Part shown: positions 46,328-58,839 of the stretch, piece by piece | Layout: each line of letters begins with the position of its first letter | Numbering within the stretch: the first letter of the stretch is position 1 | Assembly: GCA_001599295.1 (NCBI GenBank) | Contig: BCGN01000001.1 | Coordinates: 124,001 to 188,000, forward strand | Direction: 5' to 3' | Source: Sporopachydermia quercuum | Lineage: Eukaryota | DNA: 64,000 nucleotides | Notes under the pieces: model-generated | Told to the model about the DNA's origin: nothing | The model's input: the letters and a program-made list of their open reading frames with translations, nothing else | Databases searched by the model: none | Made by a program: the position numbers and the translations under genes

Positions 46328-47350
46328 TTATAACAACAAGGCTTTAGGAACATAAGCCTCATCAATATATTGAATTTCTTTTTCAGTNAACTCGAAATTA
46401 GTAACAGCATTGACTAGTTCCTCAATTCTTTCTTTTCTATTAATTCCAACAATTGGGATTGTTCCTTTAGCTAAATTCCATGCTACAGCAATTGTCGCCA
46501 TAGTCACATTTCTCTTATTGGCAATTTGCTCAACTCTAGCAATTACTTGCTTATCAGAATCAGTAATAGCTTTATGAGCATTAAATCTACCCCTAAGAGT
46601 TTCCTCGGCTTGTTCAANAGGTCGTGCAAGTTTCCCCTGTGCCAATGGTGACCAAGGTATAATTCCCACTCCATGTTTCTTGCAGAAGGGATTCATTTCT
46701 CTTTCTTCTTCTCTATACAAAGCATTATAATAATTCTGCATGGAAATAAATTTAGTCCAGTTATGTTTTTCGGCAATAAACTGTAATTCAGCAAATTCTG
46801 TTGCTCTCATAGTTGATGCCCCTATATATCTAACTTTACCTAACTCAACTAAATCGTGNAGCGCTTTCATAATTTCTTCCATAGGGACGTTAGGATCAAA
46901 TCTATGAATTTGATAAACATCAACATAGTCAGTCTGAAGTCTTCTTAAAGAGTCATCAACTGCATCAAACAAATGCTTCCTTGAAAGACCCTCGCGGTTG
47001 ACACAATCAACTTCAGAAAGAAATTTATCCTTATTGAAAAGGTTCAAACCAGGATTGCTTTCATCAACAATAATGAAAGCCTTCGTAAGAATAACAACCG
47101 TTGATCTATTAATATTATACTCTTGCAAAAATTCACCAAGCAGTTTTTCTGACAGACCATTTGAGTAAGTATCTGCCGTATCAAAAGTACGAATTCCAGC
47201 ATCATAACATGATTTAAGTATTTCAAATACTTGCTGCTTATCTTCGATGACCCAGTCCATCCATGCTTTAGATCCAAACGACATGCATCCAAGAATGATC
47301 TTTGATACCCTAAGCCCAGAAGAGCCAAGATTAGTAAATAAAGAAACCAT
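46328..47350 (-). CDS. Aldo-keto reductase (aryl-alcohol dehydrogenase-like)
   Basis: [77 protein letters not shown] and PWSPLAQG. First ATG is at 47350. Confidence 0.93.
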   Translation of the reverse strand: MVSLFTNLGSSGLRVSKIILGCMSFGSKAWMDWVIEDKQQVFEILKSCYDAGIRTFDTADTYSNGLSEKLLGEFLQEYNINRSTVVILTKAFIIVDESNPGLNLFNKDKFLSEVDCVNREGLSRKHLFDAVDDSLRRLQTDYVDVYQIHRFDPNVPMEEIMKAXHDLVELGKVRYIGASTMRATEFAELQFIAEKHNWTKFISMQNYYNALYREEEREMNPFCKKHGVGIIPWSPLAQGKLARPXEQAEETLRGRFNAHKAITDSDKQVIARVEQIANKRNVTMATIAVAWNLAKGTIPIVGINRKERIEELVNAVTNFEXTEKEIQYIDEAYVPKALLL

Positions 47351-48367
47351 TGTGTTCAACTAATTGAATTGAATTGATGTCGTTCTGATAATAACTACTA
47401 CCATAAGCTATAAAAAATGGGTACTCTATGTTTTTTTAATAATCATCAATTGGGCTTATAACCGAATAGCAGCAATTAGCTAGGAGTGAATAAAAAGAAG
47501 GATCACCTAATATCAGAAAAACAATCCATTAACCACTACTAGAAGCATCAACAGTGTAGAAGAGTTTTCAAGAGGAACGCATATCATATAGCCTTGCATC
47601 AAAATTTCTTTTCATTCAAAATAACATATATTTCCTCTTGTATCCTATTGATAAGACCAATTGAGTTCTCAAAACAAGAATCATATTTAACAAACTTAGA
47701 ACTCCCCTATCATTTATCAAATGAAGGATGAATTTTTAGGATTGTTGTTAGGTTAAACTACTCATACGCCAAGTACAAACCTAACACATTCCTNTTTTGT
47801 GCTTATTACCGGAAAATAATATGTTTCTTATCATGTNGTATAAAAGGAANCACTAATGTATGGACAAATAAACAATCTACTGTGCTATTGACAATATCTA
47901 ATTGATATAATATTAAAAACATGACAATCAAAAAGACCAAACCGTACACGTATACCACGTGTGCCCATATTACTCTACTCTATTACTTCATATGCATCGA
48001 CATATTGAATCAGGTGTTAGGTATTACTAACTAATAAACTATGGATTAATTGGTACTATGATTCTTACTCAACCACTATCAAAACAATTACTTGAAAAAG
48101 AGGAAACTGATTTTAATTGATTCAAAATACACGCAGCAACTATATGGCAATAATATTTAATTGAGATAAATAATTAGAAGAATAATTTGAAGAAGATGAA
48201 GATGAAGATGAACAACAAAATAGAAGATATACTTCAGATTCGCAGTACCAAGACAGCGGAACACAGATTGATAGGATATCATATTGATCATCCTTCCTAA
48301 GCACATTTCTCTAACAAATCATCTAAAGGTCATTATTCCTTCTTAACAACAGATTTCTCACAATAAC

Positions 48368-50359
48368 TTAACGCTTACTATTCTTTGCTACCTCAACATT
48401 AAGAATCATATTTCTATAGCCCTTACCATCCAAAAATTCAACAACTTTCTTAGCTGTTGTTTGATCCATAAATGTGATATAAGCCAAACCTTTGGATTCT
48501 CCAGTTTCACGATTACGAATAAGCTTGAATCTTGTAATTGTTGCCTTTTTGATTAACTCTCTCTTAATAGTATCCTCATCTGCTTCAGGNTTCAAATTTG
48601 AAATCTTAATAGTGCATCCTTCATCCTCATCCATCATAGTTGATCCTGCTCCCGCGGCCCCTCTATTTCTTAATGATGGTGGAACATATTTACCTGGCTT
48701 ACCAACACCAACCCCACCGGCACTTGCAATTGCTTCGTTACTATCCCCAGTGGTTCCTTCTTCCTCATCCTTGAACTGATCTTTATAGGGACATTGATAA
48801 GTGAAATGAGGTCCTTTGCAAACTCTACACAGGTTACCACCTTTTCCGCTTGCTTTTGCTCGAGCTTTCTCTTCTTCTGCTTTCTCAGCTTCTTCCTTCT
48901 CAGCTTGGCGTAAAGATGAATGTAATTTGACTGTGATAGCAGTATCTAAAGACGTTGTACCAATATTTGGTCCTGGGGCACTGCTTTTCTCTTCGCCATA
49001 TTTAATCCATTTTTTACGTTCGGCAACAGATCGGTTAACCTTTTCCTTGACAGCAATCTCTTTCACTTTCTGGGTTACTTTTATTTTCTTTCCGTCGTCG
49101 GAAAATCTGTAGAAAACGACGGTTGATGTCCCGTCCGGGTTTTTAGTCACAATTGGACTTGATCCATCTTCTTCTTCCACGTCTGCCCAGGCTTGGGTTT
49201 TAGGTTGTCTATAAATACAGGTTAGTAACTTACAAGCTAATAAAGATGTAAAAGTAGGTTAAGAGGTATAAACAGGCGTAAACGGGTAGTCTCGGAATTG
49301 TTTACGTTGTGAATAAATTCCGAGCATCCAAATATGCCGAATCAATACGGAAATAGGGGCCGAAACGGTCACTTGATTAGATCGAAGCGGAGGAGCCTAG
49401 CACTCTTTCAACACGCTCATAATTATTCTGTTAATCCGACANNAAGGAAGACAATCAAAAAATTGTATTGTCTATACCAACAGCAGCAAAATGTCATAGT
49501 ATATCAATGCCACGGTTTTCTTCTAAAACATTCCTAATTTCATGATGAATGGNGAAAATTGATCTTCCTATTCTTATTAAAATCTCAACAACCCTGCGAT
49601 GAGTTCAAAGAAAGTTCTGTATTCAAATTGATTTTGACGGCCGGATCATAACAACATCTAAATCATTAAGACCGTTTATCAGATATTACTATATGATTCT
49701 GATGTCTTTCTTATCAGTCTGATCCAACAAACAGAACAGACGTCATTGTGAGTGAACACTCATTGCTGTCAAGGAACGCAAATATATCCAACGACACTTC
49801 GTCTTCTGTAATCAAAGACACACTGGAAGCTTTTTATATGAATATGAATCACATGTAGTAGTAAGTAACTGTTCCGTTCTGTTCTATTGCCTATCCAAAT
49901 GGTTGGAACTGTGAGAAGCTATCTAAAGTCTGACATCCTTCAAATGCTGACAATTCCGGTGTTACTTCTGGTGTTCTTGATCACCTTCTCCAGTTCTGTT
50001 CCATTATTTCTTCCATTTTTTTTATTTGATTTGATTTGATTTGCCTTCGGATCCGAATTTCGTCATGCTCGTGTTTTCGTAGTTCAGTTCTGTTCCGAAC
50101 ACCAAAAACAAAGTAGCTGTTATGCATTTATCAAGTCGGTATGACCTCTGCTTTATTATCTCCTATCTCTTCGGTGCTCTGTTCCTTACGCCTCCCTTTG
50201 TACTCCCATTCTCGTTTCCGGAACTCTCGCAATTCACCCAAACTTCCGTCTTTCTTCTAAAAGTTACCCCTGTTCTTCCCATTTTACACTTCCTGCTGCT
50301 ATTAAGCATTTTCATCACCACAAACAAACAAAAAATCCTACTTACATAACACTCGTCAT
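48368..50359 (-). CDS. TIF35: Translation initiation factor eIF3 subunit g; exons 50346-50359 and 48368-49208, intron 49209-50345
   Basis: AWADVEEE, GKKIKVTQK, VAERKKWIKYG, zinc knuckle CRVCKGPHFTYQCPYK, GKYVPPSLR and a C-terminal RRM. The ORF lacks an ATG unless ATGACGAGTGTTAT|GTAAGT is spliced to TACTAAC..TAG|A, giving MTSVIQPKTQAWAD. Gene identity is secure; exon 1 is less so. Confidence 0.9.
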
Positions 50360-50750
50360 CTTAACAATGTGGCTTCTTTTCTCTGATGGGTTCTGAATGC
50401 TATACTATACAAGTAGTTACTAATTAACAGCTTGAATTCNTAACTGAATATCTGAAAGAGCCACTTTTTCACTATTACAAACCCAGTCTGTTTTTCGCCA
50501 AATTCCTGTTAGAAAAATCACGCCCTTTCTTTAATTTTCCTTTGCGTTTATGCATATTCGTTTACTATTTCTTTTCTCTGGATCGTTTGATAAATTTTCA
50601 GTGGCAGATAGAAAATGAAACTTTTCGGGTTACAAATTGAATAGGTTACCCGGAGATGTAAACTAATTAATTGATTACGCTATATATTAGTTTTGAGGGA
50701 GAAGTTGAGAGATAGAGAGAAAAATGCTATAAATATAGCGCCCGACTTAT

Positions 50751-50760
50751 ATCACGTGAT
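50751..50760. promoter_or_regulatory. Palindromic E-box ATCACGTGAT (Cbf1-type bHLH site) about 400 bp upstream of TIF35
   Basis: Exact RTCACGTG match in a divergent intergenic region. Sequence match only. Confidence 0.3.
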
Positions 50761-52319
50761 AGAGATATAATATGTAGTAATACGTAAGAATATGCACTCA
50801 TATGTAATATTGAGAGAATCTTAACGAAAAAAAGTATGTGTGAAATAATTAAACTTCGCACCGCCTCAAATCTAAAAAGTAACTTAAATATCATACACAT
50901 ATATATAATTCAAGTTAGGATTGTCAATACTGCACATAAGTGCATACTACTACATATTATTTGTCTTAACTTTGTCACGTAATCTAACGGTACAGACAAG
51001 AGTTAAGGACAGCTTCCAACGGCCAAATTAGCAATTACCTAGAAAGAGAAGAAAGAATGAAAGGTTTGTTATAGAAGTGATGATGAACACAAATGGNTGG
51101 TTACTGGTAGATAAGAAATCTAACGAGATATTAGACAACAGTATAAGTTTGATATAGTCTACATTATAATGCAGGTGAAATGAAGGTTAAGTAGAAGTAG
51201 CGAGAATGAGACTGATGTGGCAAATAAAGTGTTTTAGATAACTTGCATTGAGGAGGAAAATGTAGAAGGTCAATAAGCGTACATGCATGACTATGCATAA
51301 GGATTGCATTCAGTTGCAATGTGTTAAATTCCAGATTAAGAGTGATTTGAGGATTGTTACTCAATTGGCATAGAATTATAGCATAATAACCTAGGTGTTT
51401 GAATGTTTGAAGATAGTAATATTAGTAGTAAATAAACTGTTATATATTTAACTATTATCGAATAACTTGAATTCAAATTGATTAGAAAACCGTCGAATGA
51501 GAACATGTAAGAATGGTACTATTTCAGCGAACAAATAGCAGAATAGAAATAGGAATGGTTAGTCTATTNATAAGAATTTAATTTTATCTAATAATTGTAT
51601 TTTTGTTCCACTTATCGGAAACAAAATATTGTCCTGAAACGAAGCTTGACCATTCATCACCTAACTATTTCACGTTAAATGTTTTGCTAGAAGGGGAAAC
51701 CCCTTATGAAGAAGATGATCTATAATATAAATAGAATCAGATTAACATTTTTATCTTTTATTCATACTACATACAGCTATATATCATATNTAGCTTAAAG
51801 AGATTATGCCAATACAGAATCTGCCATTAAACTCGAGTGTCCCATACGTATNGTGTCCGAAAGTAAAATTTCACAATCAGATTATCAACATTTTAGCAAA
51901 CGACCCCGATTACATCTTAATACCATCTCCGGAATATGCATTATATGATTCAACTTCAAAACTTGATCACTACATGATTTCCGCTTTTATGAGTTAGATC
52001 ATCAAGTTATCTCCGCTTTGATGCTTCTCTCCAGTCATCAAAGCTTTAATTCATCATATAACGGTATTAATTAACGCCCTATTATTTTATTTTTTGTTTT
52101 TACTGTTTTGTTTTTGTTCAGTCATCGTTGGTTTACTTATCCGCTGTGTTCTCGGTACATATTTTGTTCCGAAATTTTGACACTCACCGCCCTTTTAGGC
52201 AGGCTGATTTAGACATATAGCTCGTTCAGACGTAAAAGAAGCCGATAACAAAGTCAAGAGCTTTTTTGCACTTATTCAGTGCTCTTTTACTCAATTGTTG
52301 TTATTCCACCAAAAGAATA

Positions 52320-54623
52320 ATGCCGCTTACAGAATATACNGGAATAGTTCCCGCGCATCTAGATTCCGATTTGATGACATCGGGGGTTGTCGGAATCTCT
52401 AGTGAATGCGTACCAGCTCATGAGAATATTGATACACAGTATTCCGATGTTGTGTCTGACGCTGGTTCGGGATCGAAAAATATTGGAACCTCAAATGAAC
52501 CTTCCGTTTCGGCTAACCCTAGATTGAAAGAGGAAAATAATGCTAAACAAAGTTCGGAAGTGATATCTGAGAAATCGGCATCGTCTCAGTATGGGTCTCG
52601 GAGAAATTCTAGAAGCTTGTTTGGCTTTTTACATGGTAAAAGGCATTCAAAACGTTCTAGTTCAACACAAGGTTATCCTGAACATTTTTTGGATCCAGCT
52701 GATTCCGGTTCTTCCATGAGCATATCCGGTATTCCATCAATCTCCATAGACAATCAATCACCAGAGATCGGATCCTCTCAGAATCTATCTGTTCCGTACC
52801 GTTCCGGCTCTCAAGGTGACGCAGAAAGTATTTTGTCCTTGTCGTCAGGAAACCCGAAAGGTTTAGAAGTATTTTCCGGTATCAGTTCCGTCCTGGCCTC
52901 TCAAACGGCCGGCTTATGCCTTGATTCCGGAAGTAATGTCTCCGACATATTCCCCCAGCCAAATTATATTCGAATCCATCGTTCGGGGAAGTCCCGACAC
53001 CTGGGGCTAACTTCTTCTTCTGTGGATATACATCATCTGTTTTTAGCTCAAGAAATGCACCCGGAAACCCCAGGAGCAATCTGGGCTGCTGAATTTTCGT
53101 TAAACGGTAAGTTCTTAGCTGTAGGAGGTACAAGCAAAAATGTTCTGTTATATAAGGTTTTAACATCACCTACGGCACATTCTGATCCGACTTATTCCGC
53201 TTCAGGCTCCGCCTCTGTCTTTTCGCCTTCTCCAGCCCGGGTTTTCTCAGGACACACTTCCGATGTTCTGGACCTTGCCTGGTCTAAAAATACCTTCTTA
53301 TTATCAGCATCGAAGGATTCCACAGTTCGGCTTTGGCATCCCGATCGGAACGGCTGTCTCAGAATTTTCCGGCATGATGATTTTGTCACTTCTGTTAGTT
53401 TCCATCCTTTGGATGATCGGTTCTTCATCTCGGGATCTCTTGATTGTTCTGTTAGATTTTGGAGCATTCTAGACCATTCAATTCTTCATAATAAAAATGT
53501 CCAGGATCATGTCACAGCGGTGAGTTTTTCGCCCGATGGGGAACGAATTTCCGTAGGGACTTTTTCCGGATTTATTTTTGTGTTTGAAATCCGGGAATTG
53601 TCGGAACTGTTTAAATGCGTATTAAGAACAACTCATGGAAGGAAGAATCCAAAAGTAACCGGGATTACTATGATAGAGCGGAAACACGACGGAACAGGAG
53701 ATTTGAATGTCGTTTTGGGTGCCAATTTCCTCTATTCAGGAAAGATACTCGTTTCGTCCAATGATAATCCAATTGAACTATATGATGTCCAAAGTAGGAA
53801 GCTGGACTCTAAATTTAAAGGCGCTACCAACTCGTCGTCCCAAAATCAAGCCAAGCTGTCCGATGACGGGAGGTTTCTTATTTCCGGTTCTGAAGATCAT
53901 TATGTGTATATATGGGATTTTGTGGCCTCCGAAAGTGAGACAACAAGTACACTATCAGATTCCGATGGTGATTTCGACGATTTGAGTTTTGGAAGTGAGA
54001 ACGGAAACATAGGTAAAAGCGACTTCTTCTCTAAGCTTCTAGAAGGAAAGAAGAAAACTGCAAAGCAAATNAAGAAGATCCGAAAGCCGGGATATATAAG
54101 TTTTCATGCTCATTCTGCACCAGTTTCTGTAGCATTGATTGCTCCGAAAAGCACCCGAAGATTACTAACTTTATCCAATGACCCAATTTATGATTTGTGT
54201 CAATCTTTGAGCGGGGATTTGGGAAGAAATCGGGGTAATAGTATTACAAGTAATAGTGGAACCTACATGCGAGACAGAGGGCGAACACAATCACCATTTC
54301 GAGATCCCAGACCTAGGCAGAGCCAATCACAGAGCAGCAAACCCGGATCAAGCTTATCCCCAACTAGGATATCCGTATCAGGAGTCGGACTCGTAAGATC
54401 CCCATCTCCCGGCCAAGACAGATCACATTCAANNGGGAATATTATTGTGACTGCAGATACAAACGGGTTAATTCGGGTGTTCCGAGAAGATTGTGCATAC
54501 GATGCTCGCAAGTTATGTAGAGAAGCGGAAAGAAGCGGAAGACGATCCCGGGCTACTAGTAGGAGTACGGTAGTTTCTGACTCTCCGCAAAGTTCGGTTG
54601 ACATTTTCAATGGAAAACGTTGA
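52320..54623 (+). CDS. WD40-repeat protein, WDR44/Dgr2-like
   Basis: AIWAAEFSLNGKFLAVGG, FSGHTSDVLDLAWSKNTFLLSASKDSTVRLWH, HDDFVTSVSFHPLDDRFFISGSLD and IIVTADTNGLIRVFRED. First ATG is at 52320. Confidence 0.9.
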   Translation: MPLTEYXGIVPAHLDSDLMTSGVVGISSECVPAHENIDTQYSDVVSDAGSGSKNIGTSNEPSVSANPRLKEENNAKQSSEVISEKSASSQYGSRRNSRSLFGFLHGKRHSKRSSSTQGYPEHFLDPADSGSSMSISGIPSISIDNQSPEIGSSQNLSVPYRSGSQGDAESILSLSSGNPKGLEVFSGISSVLASQTAGLCLDSGSNVSDIFPQPNYIRIHRSGKSRHLGLTSSSVDIHHLFLAQEMHPETPGAIWAAEFSLNGKFLAVGGTSKNVLLYKVLTSPTAHSDPTYSASGSASVFSPSPARVFSGHTSDVLDLAWSKNTFLLSASKDSTVRLWHPDRNGCLRIFRHDDFVTSVSFHPLDDRFFISGSLDCSVRFWSILDHSILHNKNVQDHVTAVSFSPDGERISVGTFSGFIFVFEIRELSELFKCVLRTTHGRKNPKVTGITMIERKHDGTGDLNVVLGANFLYSGKILVSSNDNPIELYDVQSRKLDSKFKGATNSSSQNQAKLSDDGRFLISGSEDHYVYIWDFVASESETTSTLSDSDGDFDDLSFGSENGNIGKSDFFSKLLEGKKKTAKQXKKIRKPGYISFHAHSAPVSVALIAPKSTRRLLTLSNDPIYDLCQSLSGDLGRNRGNSITSNSGTYMRDRGRTQSPFRDPRPRQSQSQSSKPGSSLSPTRISVSGVGLVRSPSPGQDRSHSXGNIIVTADTNGLIRVFREDCAYDARKLCREAERSGRRSRATSRSTVVSDSPQSSVDIFNGKR

Positions 54624-54995
54624 TGTAAACGGATGGTTTTGGGATTTCCATTCTCGGATCCAACTTTGAGTGAGCAGGCGGAAGCGGCGGCTGGAGCTGA
54701 AGGAAGTTGAGCAATTAGTTGGTAAAGGCAATGCGAGCGAGACCGCGAGCTGCATAGGAATCGGAATTAGGAAGAGTTTTGTTCAACTAATGAGGTTGCG
54801 AGATATAGTTTAGCCATATAGAAAGGAAATAATTACTGATTACGGGTAAGCTAATAAATCAACTTAGTACGAATAGATTAACTAGTAGAACTAAAATTTT
54901 ATTGCAGTTAGATTATATTTCCTGATTAGGAAAAAGTCCGCCTTACCCCAATTTGATCAATCAGCTTCCTAAGGAAGCAAACACTCGAAAAATCA

Positions 54996-57170
54996 TCATC
55001 TGGCCTCACTTTCCATTTCGGACCATATCCAACTGCGCCACAAATCTCCCGCTTGAGAGATTATCGTATGGATATCTCTTTGTGGTGAAGACACAAAAAC
55101 AGGAACTTCTTCCTTTTCCAGCGATTGTAACGATTCAGCTGAACCAAAAACAGAATTGGTACTACTGCTGCCTGAAGAGGTAATAGACCCGGTTCCTAAC
55201 TGATAATTATCGCTAGTATTGAAGTTGAAATTACCGTTTCCTTCTGATGCTAAATTTGGACTCCGATAAGCTTCATCTTCCCCGATCTCAGATCTTCCTT
55301 TGTAGTAATGATGATTAGCTCGGGTATTCTTCCTTAATGGCCTTCCTTTCCCATTTACTGAGCTCATTCCGGAACTACCCGATTGCTGCGAACCTAGTTT
55401 TGATCCGTTTTCGGAGGAGCTCTGCTTTATATAACCTTTTTTACTCTCCCAGGAAATAGTTCGGGATAAATATTCCCGAATTTCACTTTGGTCTAGTTCC
55501 ATTAAGGTTAATTCCTTAGCTTTCAGCATAGCTAAGCACACAAATATATGCTCCGTATGAACATCCGCCCCCGGAGGAAGATTTAAAGTTCCGGTTGTAG
55601 TTTGGGAAGCGGGATTAATTATTTTTGGACCCGTCTCTGATGTTAAGTCATAATTGAGCACCGGCTTCTCCCGAGAGTAAATTCCATCACAGATTGTAAC
55701 AACTGAATCTCGGACTCGGGCCGAGTTTAAGCTTCCCGTCGACCAAAACGGATCGGAACCTATTCCGGCTTTTTGGTCTAGAGTTAATTCTAACACAGAA
55801 CAAGTTTTGACCGGCAAACTCCGCATTTTACTTTTTCTAGAAGAACTAGTACTAGGATTGATACTGTTACGGTTGCTAGCATTAGAATTTCCGTTTTGAG
55901 AATCGGAGTTAAAGCTGGTTTTTGAGGTTTCTGCCTCTTTCCCGTTATCGTTTCCGGTATCATTTCCGTTATTAAATCTAACTTCTGCTTCTTCTTCCGA
56001 AATAACCCGAACCAACGGAACCTTATCTCGCCATCCGAAATACATGTCCCATACCCGACCACGGTCCCGCTTGTCCCACACTTTTGACCCTGCCCATTTG
56101 ATCCACCAATGAAGCCATTTCTCTTCTTCAACGGCGCTTAAAACATTCTCTTCGTAAAAGTAATTAGAAAGATCGGGTAACAAGGTTTGGAAGGCATACA
56201 AAAAGAATGACACAATATCTGATCCGAGATTAGTTACGTGTGAGATTTTGGGAGAAGAATCGGCGTTCGAATTGATGTTGCCTCTATTATTTTTATCTCC
56301 CGTGCTATCATTTCCGAAATTATTGATGATGTTTCCGCTAACTAAAATATCGTTTCCGTTTTCCCCATTGTCAGAATTCCCGTTTCCGGCCCCATGCAAC
56401 TCAGGAACAACTTCCGCTACTAAATCTTCTTCAGAATGTAACAAAACAAGCAATAAACGTTCATAAACTTCATGAAATTTCATGTCAGGCCGATAATTCT
56501 GAAAAAATTCAAAATCAATATTGGAATCAGTCTGTAGATTCCTGTAGTTATCTTCCAGTAATACTCCTTTCCATCCCGAAAGTATCCAGTTTGTTTTATA
56601 AATAGGCGGAATCCATTCCGCTAATGCCATGGCTGCCCAAGTCATTCCTGGATCATACGGAACCAATGGACCCCATTTATTAAGAAACCGGGTAATTGCT
56701 TCTTCTATGCATGTGAAAAAAGTATCTGCTGTATCAACTAATTCTGAATCTTCTCCAGGAGGAGGTAATCTTTTCCGAATTCTGGAAATGTCGGTTCGGA
56801 TTTGTTTTATCGGAACAAGCTCAAACTCTTCTGAGTTTTCATTCCGAGATAGCTTCGAGGTTTTATTCAAGATTTCTTCTTCTGGGATTGGCATAATCAT
56901 CGGATCTAATACATTCGGATGATCTATGAGCAACAAAGGCCACGCAAACTGCCGAAGCGAGGAAGGGATACCTTTGTGGCGAGCCAACATGGCTAATCCC
57001 GTTGTGTTACGTTGTCGAATGTAATATTGGCATAATCGCACGATTATTTCGGAGTTGGGTCCAATGAACTCTGATGAAACAACAGAAAATGTTCCGCTCA
57101 AAGCTAAGGATAAGTTGGTACTGGAAGCGGATGCTGACGAAGCGCTTGAGGAACATGAAAGCGCGTCCAT
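54996..57170 (-). CDS. OCA5: Oca5 (TBC/Rab-GAP-like fold protein)
   Basis: GLAMLARHKGIPSSLRQFAWPLLL..HP, FLNKWG...YDPGMTW..MALAEW, WLHWWIKWAGSKVW...DRGRVWDMYFGWR, HIFVCLAMLK...LMELDQSEI and IISQAGDLWRSW. Confidence 0.85.
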   Translation of the reverse strand: MDALSCSSSASSASASSTNLSLALSGTFSVVSSEFIGPNSEIIVRLCQYYIRQRNTTGLAMLARHKGIPSSLRQFAWPLLLIDHPNVLDPMIMPIPEEEILNKTSKLSRNENSEEFELVPIKQIRTDISRIRKRLPPPGEDSELVDTADTFFTCIEEAITRFLNKWGPLVPYDPGMTWAAMALAEWIPPIYKTNWILSGWKGVLLEDNYRNLQTDSNIDFEFFQNYRPDMKFHEVYERLLLVLLHSEEDLVAEVVPELHGAGNGNSDNGENGNDILVSGNIINNFGNDSTGDKNNRGNINSNADSSPKISHVTNLGSDIVSFFLYAFQTLLPDLSNYFYEENVLSAVEEEKWLHWWIKWAGSKVWDKRDRGRVWDMYFGWRDKVPLVRVISEEEAEVRFNNGNDTGNDNGKEAETSKTSFNSDSQNGNSNASNRNSINPSTSSSRKSKMRSLPVKTCSVLELTLDQKAGIGSDPFWSTGSLNSARVRDSVVTICDGIYSREKPVLNYDLTSETGPKIINPASQTTTGTLNLPPGADVHTEHIFVCLAMLKAKELTLMELDQSEIREYLSRTISWESKKGYIKQSSSENGSKLGSQQSGSSGMSSVNGKGRPLRKNTRANHHYYKGRSEIGEDEAYRSPNLASEGNGNFNFNTSDNYQLGTGSITSSGSSSTNSVFGSAESLQSLEKEEVPVFVSSPQRDIHTIISQAGDLWRSWIWSEMESEAR

Positions 57171-58839
57171 TATGAAAGTCTATATGGTGATGAAATACTA
57201 CAGGAGATATTTATGTTCGTGTGTCGATGCTTGTATGCTGATAGGATACACTGTTTATGGTTGTAGTTTTCTTTTTCTTGCTTCNGTTCCGTTTCTTTTT
57301 ACCGTGGAGTTCGGAATTACTAAAAAAAAGTTCTGCCAATAAACAAGGTTTAGATTCAGACTCAGAACAAATTCAAACAAATTCTCGGTTGGTTTTCCGC
57401 TTCCGTTATGTGAATGTGAAATCACAAACTGTCAGAAGGCATCTTCGAAAAATTAAAACAGACGATAGACAAAATGATACAAAGAATATGTGTGCAAAGG
57501 GTAAACAAATGAGCTTTACCGAGATTTGAACTTCTGAATTTTAGCTGTTATTGCCGAGCTTTTCAAATTCGTGTCGTTTATTTCTTCCGTTACTGAGAAG
57601 AACACATCCACTGATGTTGTAATTGCTGGAAACACAAGTAGGGGGAACTTTGGCTCGNAGTATATCCTACTTCTGACCGCTTTGAGTTTCGTATTTTCCT
57701 TTTGAAGAAACCTTTTGAGAAAATGATCTGCTTTCCACTTCCGAAGTCTTCTTTCTGATAGTTTTGTATCATATAATAGGAAATAAGAGAAAAATAGAGA
57801 AGAAAATGTGTGTAGAGCAAAGTCGTTTGTGAAAGAAAAAACGCTGGGGGTCTATTAGGGTCTTTGTCCTGGTTAGATACTTTGTTTAAGGTTTAGCTAT
57901 GACATTGTAATAGTTGAAGGGTCTAGTTAAATGGAGATAATGGAACGTAAGCTTTTGGGATAAATAAGAAGCCTGAAGGTCTCTNCTTTTGCAAATACAA
58001 GATAAAGAAATGTCTAATTCTATTCAAAAAATTTAAAGCTCTTATAGATAGTTTTAACCAATTGCTAAAGNTTGAGTTATGTATATATGAATGCTGTAAA
58101 ATTAAGTGTTAACTGAGTTTGTGCATGTCACACTGAAGACTAGGGCTTGTCCTGCATAACTATGGACAAAGACAATAACTTTCTTGTAAGCTTACCCGAA
58201 AGAGACACAGAGAAGACGTTTCAGTGAAGACCAAGAATAGAATAGCTTGGCCAAAGAGGTTGAAGCAAAGTGATGGAAACAGGAAACTTGTAGATGTTAC
58301 TTGACTACTTTTCAATTAGATCTCTTACATTAGTCATTTCCTTTTACATTCAAACAAGCTTCGACCTAACTATTTCCTCCTTAGAATGATACTCCTGTTT
58401 AAAGAGGCACAAACTATGTCCTTTGTTCTAGTTACAGCATAAAAAAGCAGACAGGAAAGACCCACTAAAACGTGATAGAATCCCATATGCTACAATTCCC
58501 AATCGGGATTAGTTTCAATTACGGAAAACATACTATATATCTGTCATCAGGATTTCCGAAATTNCCCATATCCATCCATATTTCACCCCCTATTTTGAGA
58601 CACAGAAATTTTTTTTTAAGCATCTTCCTATTATCACGATTACCATTCTCTAGAATTGGCCATAGATTAATATTGAATGTATACGAACCAATAGCTTAAA
58701 TCAGTCTCAATTCCAGTTTATATTGTCACAACCTCTTTGNCTACCCTGACAATATTTAATTGGCTCCAATAATTATACAATACTCTCTCTTATTGTCATC
58801 TCTTTCAAATAGCATAACTATCACAGGACTATCTGTGCA

